A stretch of 64,000 nt of DNA from positions 101,744,001 to 101,808,000 of the forward strand of contig NW_024704742.1 of the NCBI RefSeq assembly GCF_018977255.1, given 5' to 3'. Origin of the DNA: Callorhinchus milii (taxonomy: Eukaryota). The notes under the pieces were generated by a model. The model saw only the letters and a list, made by a program, of their open reading frames with translations, had not been told where the DNA came from and did not search any database. Shown here in pieces: positions 26,180-38,000 of this stretch (its first letter is position 1; each line of letters starts with the position of its first letter). The position numbers and the translations under genes were made by a program.

Positions 26180-29100
26180 GCTTTTCTACTATAGACATTT
26201 TATTGTAACAATTATACACGTTAAATACAACATGATTAACATGATTTAAAAAAAAATTCACAAAGGCCAGCTACTGAGGATCTGCTCACTTAAGTGCAGT
26301 GTTCTTTCAAAGTGCAATGTAATGGGAAGTCCAATTCTACAGATTGAAAGATCCGCTTGGTGAATGAAGCCGAAAAATACCACAACATAAGCACAAAATG
26401 AGCACAAGTAATTTGTTACTTGGATTATACACGGGCTCTTCTATTATTTCAAGTAAAAAAAAGTTATTTTACTTGCCGAAGATGTTAAGTCCAAATACTC
26501 CTAGCATGTGGGAGTCTTAATTACCAGTTTGTGCAGTATTTTCTTTGTAGTTGGTTACTATGGTATACAGTATAATATAGGCAAGTAGGAAAATGGACAA
26601 AATAGGTTTCTTGTGAAGTTTCATCTATTTTCTTCTATAATAAAATATTAGCATATTTTATTGCACAATTAAAATGATCGAGATTTATTTCTTCAGTACT
26701 CTTCAATTGTTAGCACTTACACTGGTAACCCACTACTATTAAATACACACAAACTCTTGGTTATCTGAAGGATAAAATTAAATTTTCAGCGATAAATGTT
26801 TGTACGCAAACATCTTTAGCGACATAAAGATCAAGGAAAATATCCTGAGCATATAAACAAAAAAATTAACTAATACAAACCAATAAGTCCTTCTTCATGT
26901 GCAGACTAAAAATACTATTAATGCTTGCATGTAATGACCATTTACAAAAGTATCTGCAAAGCAAGAAATAGCTATGCATAGTCATTAAAATTTATAATGC
27001 AACATGAAATTATGATGATTACTAAAGTTACAATTACACTGACTTCATGCTTAGTCCTACTAATCCATACAAAGTGAATCCATTACAAAACCTAACATCG
27101 AATTTCAGTCCTCTTTGTTTAGCAATACATAAAATGTTTTATTGTTTCTATACCCAGGTTATCTCCCATAAAACAATGTGCTGCTATTCACAATAAGTGA
27201 ACTTATTACAAATAGGAAATGTTTGCACATTTTCTTCTTTACATTAAATCATTCTCAGTTCTGCATGTACGTGACAAAACCAATCAATTTAGTGGATCTA
27301 CAAAGCTTTGTTCTAAAGTATTTTTAAAATTATTTCTGTATTTTGGGCTGTACTATACAAGATTCAACTTGTATTTCTGTATACCTTCAATCAGGATTTG
27401 TAATTTGATGAGGAAATAGCTGCTGTTTAACCAGCAAAAGGTAAAATTATCAACGATTTCACAATATCCTTCTAAATACCTTTGATTAGCCAAATTTATT
27501 TTTGATTTTTAACAAATAATTATCTGATATAATATTCAATTTAACAAGGAACAAGACAGTTGGGATAAAACATGAGTTGTGATATTTCTGGACCTAACAC
27601 AAAAATTGTCACAATGAAAGAGTGGCAAAATGTATGAATGCTCCACACAACAGACTGTACAAGTTTACATCTATGTTTCGAAGATATGCCCATTGCCTGA
27701 TCTGAGCCACGTTTCTTGTAGGGTGAGGTAAGTGGGGTCTCCTTGGAGTTGAGTGGGCTCCAAGGTGACATGCTTGGTAATGGAATGTTGGAATCAAGTC
27801 AAAGTTCCTCAGCCCTGCAGGTCTGCAGGACCTCCGAGCACTGCTGATGGCAGTCCAGCCAGCCAGCCTCACCAGCAGAACTTGGGAATAGGGATCCTTC
27901 CCACATGGCTCCTGTTAACTTCCAAGGCAAAGCCCTAATGGATAGGGTGGTCCTAGCTGGACAGTAGCAGGCCAAACTATTGGGTTTTAGTTGATTCAAC
28001 TCCAACAGTACCCCAACACACAATTGGGGGTCCCCAAGCCTTGGCTCTCACCAGCCTGCACCTAATGGAATGAAGTAAGCAGGATGTGTCTCTCAGGAAG
28101 AGGGTTCATTACAGACACAGGGAAATTCCTATGTGAAGATGCAATATGTACATGGCTCTCAGTCAGGTTTGGATACTTTTAAGCAAGGTAATGGGTTTCT
28201 GCATGTTCCAGACAAATTAACAAATATCAGAAAGGGATCAGGTTTCAGACTTGTTGGTCCTGGTGTGGAGCAAAGCAAAAAGAATATTTGGTTGGTAAGT
28301 ATGCAGTTCACCAGTGTGAAGCCAGGCAACTATGATCAAACATGTCCAGCTGGGACCCTGCCTTTGTACCTCATAGGGCTGAGGACATTTCTACATTCCA
28401 TTGTCTCCAACTATCGACAATGTCTGGTAGGTGGACCTACCAGGATTGAGTTAGATGTGTCCCTCTGATACTAGTCAACTCCAGAGAGACCACATTTTCC
28501 TTCTGCCCCCTCCCCAATTTAGACATGGTATTTATTTGATTGAGCTTGAGAAAATTAAGGCTGAATGGATCCACCTAGGTTCACATCCACAGACTTATGG
28601 TCCCCAAGATCAGTGTTCAACCAGTCCAACTGTCTGGTCAAGACAGCCAAAAAAGCAGTTTACTATCTTGTACATGTCATATGAGCTACAGGTAAAGCTC
28701 AGGTTGAGGATTTTGGTTCAGCGTTTACCAAAAAAAAAGTGATAACTTACTTATGCTATCTGCCTGTGGGGCGATGACTATATTATATCAGTTGTATAGA
28801 TTACAAGGTTTTATTTGAACTGTTTAGCATTCAGAATGCCAAGCAACAATTTTAAATCCAGTGTGGCTTATTTTCCATCAAGCACTGCATTTAAAAAAAA
28901 TCAGAAAACTGGTATAATTCTGAATATTTACAGTGAGCAACTCTGAATTTCTTTAACCCTTTCCATCCAAGGGGTGCCAAGATCATTCTTCAATGCAGAA
29001 TTAATCTTCAATTTCATTTTTATTTGTCTGGTCTATTATTCAAAATAGAATAGATCAAAAGGTTTTCCAAGTCTCATGAATAATACATTCACATTCTTTT

Positions 29101-30767
29101 AAGAATTTTACATACATAATTTAGTAGACGTTTTCCCCAATTTGTGGTTGAACTGCCAAATGCATTGGAATGGCAAGGATGTAGTTTTGTGCTTGTAATT
29201 CCTTCCATGGAAACTTATCAATCTTGGCTAATATATAATATCAAGGTGCTGATTATGGGCTAGATGCTTCAATGCAAGGTGAAAAGTAAATTCAGACAGT
29301 GAGGAACAGCCCTGATGGGATGGTGTGATGGTTAGAGCTACAGCTAAAATCCCGTTCTGTGCTTAGTTTGCTGTCTCAGCCAGGGATAGGGAGAGGGAAA
29401 TCTTCTAGGGTTTCTGCTCCTGGTCCATCTACAGCATCATTTACTGGTAGTGTACATAAATGTGACAGCTGAGGAGCAGAGGTCAGGCTTCACTGTGCCA
29501 CTTCCAACATTCACTGCCAACACTCACTGCCAGTAATTGCCTTTTGGGCTGGGTGTCAGGAAGTGCCCATGGATATGCACTCAGTATGAAGATGGAAACA
29601 GGAGCAGAGATATATCAATGGGGAGAAAAATAGAAAAATAAGGACACTATTCTTTTTTAAAAAGATGGCTAATAACTCTAATCCTAGTTTGAGAACACTA
29701 ATTAATGAACTGTTAGAGTGGCACTGGTAGAAGCTTGTGTGCAAGTTAACTGCTGTCTTTCTGGTTGGGAAATACTCTGATGATGTAGGAGAGAAAATAA
29801 AATTGGAGGTGCATGAGTAGTGCCCACAGTTTCCAACAATACTGGTTTCCCAACCTCAGATGTGAAGTAGGGAGCCAGGCACTTCCCTCTGGGAGAGAGA
29901 AAACCAGAGAGATGTAGCAGCCAGTAGTCAACTCAGAGCACCGATGGTTGAGGTATGGAAACAAGTGCTTGCTTTTCTGCTTAACTGTAGTTACAGCACT
30001 GCCTGCTTGTACTATTGGGTGCACAAACCGAAAACATGATTTTAATCATTTTAATGTTAAAGACTTGTTGGAAGAATTGTTCATTCTTAATTTTAGTGGA
30101 TTTAAAATGGTTAAATCTGAATTACAGCTCTGGTTCATGGCAGAACAAATTTGTATATTTTTTACCTTCAACTTTATAGTAAAATGCTGTGCAAGATTTG
30201 TAATATTCTGACTTGCTGCCCAAACTCTTAGAACACTAGCTCACATGTTAAAAATAGAAGCAGAACCTAAATATTTATAGCTTGTATTTCAGGGGTTATC
30301 TACGGCAAATCAACAAGGAACGGTCACAGTTTCAAATATCATACAAACTCTAAGACGAGCGTAAAAAAGATAATTGTATTTTATACCTTTTGATTCTTCT
30401 TCTTAAAGCACTGTACATATTTTGACACTTCAAAAATACCATCAGCCTGTCTCAAGAAAGAAAAGCCTTTTAGCAGCAACATGTTTTACCTTCTTTGTAC
30501 AATAAAATTACTTCATATATTTTGACACTTATTTAGATTCAACATTTCTTAGCTCTAATTATTCTTGAAAATTCATAAGCTGACAATCTTCTTAAGGCAT
30601 CAGTGCATTAAGAATTAAAATATAAAGAAAAAAAAACACTTCAGCTCAAAAGGGATCCTCTTTATGTGGCACCAGTGCTCGATACACACCAATGTGTTAC
30701 ACAAAATATTTTATACAGGTATACCACTGAATATAAACTATAAGGGACTGTGCTGATAATGTCAATA
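26180..30767 (-). other. DMXL1: Probable DMXL1 3' UTR (distal end uncertain)
   Basis: AT-rich sequence after the stop codon, with minus-strand AATAAA at 27495-27500, 27138-27143, 26684-26689, 26657-26662 and 26199-26204; young LINEs resume only below 25.7 kb. Confidence 0.5.
26199..26204 (-). promoter_or_regulatory. Candidate distal polyadenylation signal AATAAA
   Basis: Minus strand TGTTACAATAAAATG, followed about 20 nt later by GU-rich GTGTTTGG. Confidence 0.4.
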
Positions 30768-31001
30768 TCATAGTATAAATTTAACATCATTTTGCCAGAT
30801 ATCTAGTTTTCCACTCCCTGTGCTGAAGCGATCTGGCAGGATTCTCATCTTCATTGTCCCATCAGCTCCACAAGAGAACATATGATTGCTTGGTCCAATC
30901 TCGATTTGCATGACTCCTGTTCCTATGTTTCTGAAGATTGACTGGCGAGAGTGCTCGCTTGCAAATGTGTGAAGCACTTTTTGAGTGGAAAAATGCCAGA
31001 C
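30768..31001 (-). CDS. DMXL1: DMXL1 last exon, coding part, 234 nt including TGA
   Basis: Acceptor tacttttag|[26 protein letters not shown]...NDVKFIL*. Confidence 0.95.
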   Translation of the reverse strand, partial: VWHFSTQKVLHTFASEHSRQSIFRNIGTGVMQIEIGPSNHMFSCGADGTMKMRILPDRFSTGSGKLDIWQNDVKFIL

Positions 31002-31976
31002 CTAAAAGTAATATCATCAAGTCAGCATAAACTAATAAGCAGCAAAGGTATACAACAAATATTCATTTTAAAAATTAGATTATAGCTCCTTTCTCCACTT
31101 TCTAAATATTTTTCTTCCTCTTATCTCGTTCCATAAATCAACCTTTTTTTGTATTCATCATAGGATGTGATCTCTACTCATCATGGGATTTTTTGCCCAT
31201 CCCCAATTGCCTTGAGAAGGTAGTGGTGGGCTGTCTTTTTAAACTGCTTTAATCCTTACAACTGAATGGTTTGCTAAGCCACTTCAGGGGCCATTAAGAG
31301 TCAACCATGTATATTGGATGGAGTCACGTGTAGGCCAGCGTGGGGTAGGACATTAGTTTTTACAAGAATTGGGCAGCTTTTCAATCTCAAATTTAACTTA
31401 AATTACAGAAATGCCTTAGCGGGATTTGAGCTTTTAAAGTTTGGGTTATTGATCCAATAATACCAGTATCCTTCAGTCTCCGAAATGGGGCCAAGTTGCC
31501 TCTGTCTGATAGTACTGGTCTCAGTTTACAAGAAGGTGCAGAAGTGAGGCTTGTTCCAAGTCATCCATGTTTCTGTTGGAAAGTGCCTGGCCTATGCACA
31601 GCACTACTCCACAGTAATACTTCAGTGGTTGACATGGGGTCTGTGAGCACCATTTCATATTCCACTATTCCATGAAGTTTTTCATGAACAAAAAAACATT
31701 TTAGATTTTCTCTGATAACAAACGTTTATAAGTACTTCCATTGGGCAAAACAATGTGTGAGAAAACCAAACTGGGGGTGGGCGCAGCGGCATGGTAAACA
31801 TAATTCATGGCATAAATCAATAAATATTCAATCAAGAGAATGTCTTTTATTGCCTGACCATGAAGGTCAGGCACCATTGGTCAAGATAGTAGAGAATTAA
31901 GAGGAGTAGGGGAGTAAAACAACCTGGGGATTCAGATCCACAAATCTCTAAAAGCAGCTATACAGGTAAATAATGC

Positions 31977-32025
<49 letters not shown>

Positions 32026-35000
32026 GAGTCTTGAGCGTTATATCCAGAGGGATAGAATATAAAAGTGAGGTAAATTTATATAAAACCTTGGTTAAACCAC
32101 ATTTGTAGTTTTGTCCAATTCTGGGCTCCGCACGATAAAAATAATATAATAGCAACAGAAAGAGTATAGAAAGGGTACAGCATATGTTTACTAGGATGAT
32201 ACCAGGGCTGGCAGGTTACTGTTATCAGGATAGACTGGATAGGTTAGGTCTTTTTTCGCTGGAGAGAAAATGTTTAAAGGGGAACCTAATAGAAATATTA
32301 AAAATTATAATCGGGTTTGAGAAGGTTAACATAAATTGGCTGTTTGCACTAGTTGGGGAGTCTGTAAACGATGGACACAACTATAAGATAGTCATCGGGG
32401 GATCTAAAAGAGAATTTAGCAGGAATTACTTCACACAGAGGATTGTGAGATTTGGGATATTGCTCCCTGAAGTGGTGGTTGAATCAGATATTGTAGATAC
32501 ATTCAAGAGAAAGCTGGACCTTCACATGAGGGCGAGATCAAAAGAAGGGAGTATGGAAGGGAGTGAAGGAATTGTGAAGACTCTTGTGAAAATTAAACAC
32601 CAGCACAGCCTAGTTGATCCACGTGGCCTGATTCTGTGCTGTACATTCTTTGTAAATCTTTGTACTCAGATTTGCAAACAATGAAAATGTGATGAAGTAA
32701 AATTAGTAAATGTTCCAAAATTCATTTGTGTTCTCAGGATAGACTGGATAGGTTAGGTTTTTTTTCGCTGGTGTGTATATATAGCATTATTTACCTGTAT
32801 CGTGCAGAGCCCAGAATTGGACAATGTTCACATAAATGATGAAGCCAATATAAAAACTTTTTGTTATTAACTCAGTGAAAGCTTATAAAGGTGTAAAAGC
32901 TTGGCTGAATTTGTAGCTCAGCTGAATGCTGGAATGCAAAAATATAGATTAAATCACTCTCTTGCCTCTGGGTGCTAAGGTTGTGGGTTCAAGCTACCGG
33001 ATGAGACATTTAACTTGAGGTCCCAACTACTTGTGTAGTCGTGGCTGGCAAAAATTCTATGACACTATTCAAAAAAAGTGTTTCTCTGGGTGTTCTGACT
33101 AGCAATTGGTCATTACAGCTGTCTGTGAGTTCAATTTGCTGCACTTGACTTAATTACCTGTGAAGCACTCTTATGGTTTCAAAAGGAATAAGGTAGATGA
33201 GGGGCTTGCAGTTTGGGGAACCAAAATAAAAATTGATGAATAAATGACAGATGACTAGCATGGTAGAAGCTTAATGGGTAAATGTACAACACAATATACA
33301 TTTATATAGTGCCTTTCATGTCTTTCAGGGCAAAACCTTGGGCAAGTTTCCTTACTCCATATGCCTGATAATAATCCCTCAAGAAAAAAATAATAAATTG
33401 GTCACTTCAATCCACGACTGCTTGTGGGACACTATTTTGCGCAATTGGCTGCCGCGTTTCACCCACAAAAATGCAGTCAATTCACTTTACAGTATATTCT
33501 GTGAAGCGCTTTGAGACATCTAGAAGACGTGAAAAGCGCTAAATCAAATTCAAGGATTATTATTATATCAGGAGGATGCCCTGAAGCTCATTCAGAGCTG
33601 GAAGGGCCTGCACATGCAGGACATATAGAACCATAGAATCCTAGAAATGTATGGCACAGAAGAAGGCAGTTCAGCCCGTTGTGTCTGTGCCAGGATCCGG
33701 CACAAGTATAATGTAGCACATATCTTATATGGAGGACATATAATAATTCTTGCATTTGATTTAGCACCTCATCACATCTTTGAAACATCTCAAAGCTCTT
33801 CACAGAAGATACTGTAAAGTGAATGGACTGTATATTTTGTTGGTGAAACATGACAGCCAGTTGTACACAGCAGAGTCCCAAAAACAGTTGTGGATTGAGT
33901 GATCAAATTATTATTATTTTTTAATTAATTTTTTTTAAAAAGGAAAAATTACCCCCGGAAAAGCGATCGAACAATTGACTAACAACTGGGTTCCTATTTA
34001 CTGCTAGGTAAACAGAGGCATGTGGAGTAAGGAAACTTGCTTAACGTTTCGCCTTGCCTGGGAATCGAACCCAGATTCTCTCGTTAGCGAGGCGAATGCC
34101 CTAACATTAAAGGACTCCAACATATGCAGGACACTTTTGACAAATATATGAAAAGAAAATCAAAAGGTATGGGAAGCTAGCACCTTTCTGCTAAAAGGTT
34201 ACGCGCATAAAATTTAGGTTAAAGTTATTTCAGATGGGGTTATATTTTTGTTATTTCTAATAGATATTTCAAAAGTTAAACAAAATTATGCAGACCAAAT
34301 CTTTTGCAATACTTAAGGAAAAACAATATGTATAGCTATGTTCCCAGCAACTTCTGTTTTTGTATAGCTATGCATATTCACTCAAGATATTCAGTTTCTG
34401 TGAAATCTGTAAATATGCTTTTCAATTTTCATACCTTCATGTCACCCTCAGAAGACCCAGTAATGAAATATTCCTCTGTTGGATCCACAGCAATTGCTTT
34501 GACAGGCGATTCGTGGGCATGTAAGGTCTGACAGAACTGTCGCTGACGTAGATCAAATATACAAATCAAACCTTTTCTTCCTCCAGATAGCAAAAATTGA
34601 TGCTTTGGTGCATACACCAGCACTGTGGCTCCGCTGTCATGGCATATGAAAGCTGGAATGCAAATTCTTATATTAAAACACAGGGACTTCCAATTGACTT
34701 ATTTTGTGTGTAGTCTGGTATTTATGTAATATAAGAAACCATGCAATGGCTCAGTTACCAACTGATTCTAATCTTCATTCTGGAATCTATATCCTTAGCA
34801 GCCTGCAATAGGTGCTTTGAGTAGACTGCATCAAAACTTTTGTAGACTTCAGAGCTGTATTCTATACTATTCTCTTGCCAAGTTGGATAAACGTGCATAT
34901 GAGACCATATGGTCTCACCAACCGATAATTGGAGAACTACATCTATGTTGATTTGTCATCTTAAATTCAATTTTTAGAAAGACAAGTGGAAACCAAACTT

Positions 35001-38000
35001 GCATTATAAAATAATTTTTGAAAACAGGTTTTATTAAAACATCAAACTTTTGAACTTACCATGAACTAAGTTATTACTTTGTGGCACCAGCGTATCCCAA
35101 AGACAGACATTCCTAGAGGGGAAAAAAGTTTGAACAGCAATTCAATGAAATATCAAAAGCACCTCATAAATACCTAGATTCCTACTAATCTTTCAAACAC
35201 TTGGATTTGTAAACCCTAAAGCTCCTTTCTCAGATACATGCTTAGCTGTGGAACTTAACACNTTTTTTTAACAATCACATGCTTTTTTGAAAGCAATTCA
35301 ACCGTGGCTAACTAGAGCAGTTAGGGAAAGCATCAAATTAAAAGAAAAGGCTTATAAAACTGCCAAGAAAAGCAGCAAATCTGAAGATTGGGAGAGTTTT
35401 AGAAACCAGCAAAATAAAATTTAAAAAATTATTAAGAGTGAGAAAAAGGAGTATGAGGGTAAGCTAGCCAGGAACATTATGTCTAATTGTAAAAGTTTTT
35501 ACAAATATATTAAGAGGAATAGGCTAGTGAGGGTAAATGTAGGTCCACTTCAGTCAGAGACGGGAGAAGTTGTAATGGGAGATAAGGACATGGCAGAGTC
35601 CCTAAATGGGTACTTTGCATCTGTCTTCACCCTAGAAGACACAACGTCTGCCAACAATAGAGATGCATCAAGGGGATAAGGACAGGGAGCAACTTTTTCA
35701 TTAGTAGAGAATTGGTGCTAGGGAAACTGTTAGCACTAAAAAGTGACAAAATCTCCTGGTCCGGATGGCTTGCATCCCAGGGTTTTAAAAGAGGTAGCTT
35801 ATGAGATAGTGGAGGCCTTATGTCTGATCTTCCAAAATTCCTTGGATTCTGGAACAGTCCACATGGATTGGAAGATCGCAAATGTCACACCACTATTTAA
35901 AAAAGGTGGAAAGGAAAAGATACGGAACTTTTGGCCAGTTAGTCTCACATCAGTGATAGGAAAAGTTTTAGAATCATTGATTAAGGATGTGGTAGTGCGG
36001 TATTTAGAGGAGCACAATATAATTAAGCCAAGTCAACATGGCTTTACAAAAGGGAAGTCATGTTTGACAAATCTCAAAGTTTTTTGAGGATATTTCCAGT
36101 AAACTAGATAAGGGTGAATCAGTGGATGTGGTCTATTTGGACTTCCAGAAGGCATTCGATAAGGTGCCACATAAAAGGTTAGTCCAAAAGATAAGGGGCC
36201 ATGGAATTGGGGGGAGCATATTAACGTGGACTGGGGAATGGTTAACGGGTAGGAAACAAAGAGTAGGGATAAATGGGTCCTTTTCAGATTGGCGGGATGT
36301 GACTAGTGGAGTGCCACAAGGATCAGTCCTTGGGCCTCAGCTATTTACCATCTACATCAACGATCTAGATGAGGACATCGAAGTTAATATATCTAAATTC
36401 GCGGATGACACAAAACTAGGAGGAAGTGTCAACACAGAGGACGACATTAAAAAAATGCAGCGAGACATAGATAGGTTAGGTGATTGGGCAGGTAGGTGGC
36501 AGATGAAGTATAATGTAGGGAAGTGCGAAGTCATCCACCTCGGTAGCAAAAACAGTAGAGCGGGTTATTTTTTAGAAGGGGAGAGATTGGAATGTGTTAG
36601 TGTCCAGAGGGACTTGGGTGTCCTTGTACACCAATCACAGAAAGTTAGTCTGCAGGGGCAGCAGCAATTAGGAAGGCGAACGGTATGTTAGCATTCATTA
36701 TGAAAGGATTAGAGTATAAGAGTAGGGAAGTCTTGCTGCAACTGTATAGGGCCCTGGTGAGACCACACCTGGAATACTGTGTGCAGTTTTGGTCTCCTTA
36801 TTTAAGGAAGGATGTACTTGTCTTGGAGGGGGTGCAGCGTAGATTTACTAGGTTAGTACCAGGGATGAAGGGGATGAGTTACAAGGATAGACTGACCAAT
36901 TTGGGCCTATATTCTCTAGAATATAGAAGAATCAGAGGGGATCTTATAGAAACCTATAAGATCATCAAAGGGCATGATAGAGTAGATAGTGGGAGATTGT
37001 TTCCCCTGGTTGGAGAAATTAAAACCAGGGGTCACAACCTTAAAATCAGAGGCCAGCCCTTTCGCACTGAGTTGAGGAAGAACTTCTTCACTCAAAGGGT
37101 GGTGAATGTATGGAACTTACTACCCCAAAGGGCTGTTGACGCTCAGTCCTTGAACATATTCAAGACTGAGACAGATTTCTTATTGCAAAAGGGATTAAGG
37201 GATATGGGGATAAGGCAGGGTCAGGTTATTAGCTGGAAGAAGTTACCCCCACAATCCCTAACCGCTGCCTTGGAGTCCTCTGAACTCCTCTCCCTCTGGC
37301 CTTCAACTCTCATTGACCCCTCTTCTCCTCTCACCCTCCTCCACAACACCCTCTCCTCCACACTCGATACTCTTGCCCCCATCACCTCCCGTACTGTCTC
37401 CTACTCTCGCCCCCCCACCCTGGTTCACCACCCACCTCCGCTCACTGAAGAGCCAGGTGCGGGCCGCTGAACGCACATGCGTCAAATCTGGCCTTACGGT
37501 CCACCGACAAATCTGGCTGGACCTCCTCAAAATCTACCACTCCACTCTAGCCTCGGCCAAGTTGTCCTTCTACTCCAGGATAATCCTGGAGGCGAAGAAC
37601 AACCCCAGGCTACTGTTTTCTACCACATCTCGACTCCTCCGTCCCCCCCGCCACCTCGCGCAGGTCATCTCCTCCAACCTTCACTGCGAGGAGATGCTGG
37701 ATTTCCTTGAATCCAAAATCAAGGGAATTCGCTCCGCGGTCACTTCCCCTCCAACATCCACCCACCCCCCACTCCCTCCGTCCCTACACACATTCGTACC
37801 CGTTTCCCCACCCTCTGTCACCAAACTCATCCTATCCCTGAAAACCACCACCTGCTCCCTTGACCCCATCCCCACTCCTTATCTCCCAGCTCCACCTCCT
37901 TGCCCCACATATCACAGACATCATCAACCTGTCCCTCTCCTCTGGCTCTGTTCCCATTCCCTTAAAAACTGCCACCATCACTCCCACCTTGAAAAAACCC

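Noticed and set aside
30768..31001. DMXL2 as the gene identity
   Set aside because: The terminal residues ([28 protein letters not shown]...NDVKF) fit DMXL1 as recalled.
36685..37470. Apparent CR1-L2 fusion ORF
   Set aside because: A CR1 frameshift runs by chance into the nested L2; it is an insertion junction, not a gene.
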